A program made the position numbers and the translations under genes. A stretch of 64,000 bases of DNA from Harriotta raleighana. Lineage: Eukaryota. This document shows positions 61,867 to 64,000 of this stretch, piece after piece (within the stretch, counting starts at the first letter, position 1; every line of letters starts with the position of its first letter). The notes beneath the pieces are model-generated. The model ran no database searches and was not told the DNA's origin. It was given only the letters and a program-made list of their open reading frames with translations. Location of the stretch: contig JBNZDD010013598.1 in the NCBI GenBank assembly GCA_050575255.1, positions 518,870-582,869 on the forward strand, written 5' to 3'.

Positions 61867-64000
61867 CTACAAAAGAAAATGATATACAGCTTAGTTTATA
61901 TAGGTGTGGGTGGGGGTGGGGGGGGGGGGGGCAACACAGTAAAATCATTACAACTTAATTGCTTTGACATCTTATGATATTATTTCTGTCCTACAGATAA
62001 AAGTACAAGATCGAAATGCTTAATTGTTGTGGACCAGGATAACCACAGTGTATTTGAACTCAGGCAATTTGTATCTCTGGGACCTGGCTCAAATCCAGCC
62101 CTGACAGACAAAAAAAAAAGTCTCTCCTTTCTTGTGAGTTTGAGGTCACAAGTTACTAACGAAAAAAAAATCCCCAATCTCCCCACCCTGATCAATGCAA
62201 CAATCATAGCTAAAGATCAGAGCTGCAAGAGTAAGACAGTAAGGTTGCGCATAAAAACACATCCCTTTTTTATCAGGGGAACAAGAGTCAACACAGCTAT
62301 GTAACCAGCTAAACTTTAAAAATCATCTGTACAGAAATCATCTGCTTTCGAAACATGTCAATACACACGTTAGCCTAGCCTTTAAGTTTCAAGTTCCATT
62401 TGAAGACGACTTGAAGAGACATTTCACTGTACCTGAACAAGATGCTGGTTGAAGACGCCTGTAACATTTCTGCATCATATTAAGCTTAGGCATTAGTCAA
62501 TAACCAATTCAGAGACAACGTCTCAGTGTGTTTAAGTTCTATGTCACACCAAATGTGTAGGAAAAGACTAATGTTAAAATACTCGACTTGGCAAGAGAGT
62601 TCAGTTAGAGCATGGGTAATATCTGGTTGAGTATGAAACTGATAGTTGAGCACAGAGCTGAAATTCAAAGATTGAACACAAGAACATTTCACAATATATC
62701 AGTATATTGGTTTCCTGTCCTTCCATGCTTCATAACATGTCAGATAACATTGGAAAAAAAAAGCCAAAGATATTTTCCTCAGGCCACTGTACTCCCCACC
62801 ATTGAATCCATTTACTTCCATAAATTCTTATTGTACCCAGAATATCCAATGAACAGGTTCCCCCAAACACAATGATATCCCACCACATCCCAATGAACAG
62901 CAACTTCTTACTGCTGTGGAAGCTCACCATTAAGAGCAGTCAGATCTTTGCTGTCCTGATTAGTGAGATGTCTTGATTGATGAGTTTGGGAGTTTAAAAA
63001 AAAAAGGGTCTTAAATATTGAGTTTGACCAAGTTTTAACTATTGCTAAAGTGTTGACAATGTGAATTTTTACTAGCAAGTCGTTAGATGTTTTTCAGTGT
63101 CAATACTGTAGATTTTGGTGAATGCTTTTGGTGTCACTGCATTGCTGCAGACCTCCGCCAAGGTCACAAACCAACCAATTTGCCTGCGGTAAAGTTTACC
63201 AGCAGGATTATTCATGACTGTTGACACCATCTGATGCACTCGTTTTCACTGCAAATTGGGCTCGGAAGCGTTGTACTTGCACAAACGGCTCCAGAACAAT
63301 AAGCTTCAGCAAATTCACCTTTTAAACCAAAATGCAGATTGAAAGCTTTTGCGCTGATGCAGCAGTCAAGCATTTACTCTTAACGATTATCCAAGCAATT
63401 TCAGCTTTTATGATTGGATTTTGTGTGGGGAGGGGTGGAAAATCAGTTCAGAAATAATCTAAATCCAATATTAAACAATGTTTGGCTGGGACATAAGGAA
63501 CCAAATGAAAATGAACCTTGCATGAACATAAAATTGATCTGCTTGAAGACAAAGTCAATTTTTCCAGTTCTGTGGGGTTTTTTTTTGGGTGTGTTAAGAC
63601 AACATCTCCTCTCTTGCTTTCTATTTCTCCCAACTTTCTATTTCTCCCAAATTGTTCTCCCTTCCCCATGCATGTCCAGAGTGGATTCCACTTTCTGACT
63701 CCCTTGAACGCGACTTTTAAAAAAAATCTGAGCGCAGCCGTGGAAGCGGTTCTGACCCACGATGTAGCTTCACATTTTATCTGTCGGGTTAGCACCTGAA
63801 CTCAACAGTATGGACATGAAACCTGATTCCACATTCGTTGTCCAGACCCCAGCTTTCTATGAACACAGTAACTTTCATTGCATGACCTCTGTGATCCCAT
63901 AAATATGAACCTCAAAATAACCATCCTAATTCCATTTGCCAAATCAGGTCATAGATTCCCTTCTTGATATGTCGGAAGAATTCTTCCCATGGTGAAAGTT

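Noticed and set aside
61867-64000. Search for the preceding RPTOR exon (...TTPIKIALRW) or a nested gene
   Set aside because: No matching peptide, and the short ORFs have no recognisable homology.

Overview
Vertebrate genomic DNA, probably a cartilaginous fish such as the chimaera Callorhinchus. This assignment is an inference from the repeat landscape, not a database match. The window lies inside one large minus-strand gene, RPTOR (Raptor, the mTORC1 scaffold). I reconstructed 21 consecutive coding exons between 61866 and 1874, all with GT-AG boundaries and consistent phases. They correspond to human exons 7-27 (numbering from recall) and cover the end of the RNC domain, the ARM/HEAT repeats, the phospho-regulated linker, the Rag-binding 'claw' and the start of the WD40 domain. 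The rest of the gene lies outside the window. One exon appears twice across an N-gap, most likely an assembly artefact. Introns are filled with a tRNA-headed, L2-tailed SINE, L2 and CR1 LINE remnants, older Deu-type SINEs and a Tigger-like MITE. The best lead is a candidate 21-nt frame-preserving microexon (33930-33950) with a GC donor and downstream UGCAUG motifs, placed just after the AMPK S792 site. Other leads are a SINE tail forming the 3' splice region of one exon, nested antisense SINE-in-SINE hairpins, a strong CTCF motif and several CNE-like blocks. I see no evidence of a wholly new multi-gene system.
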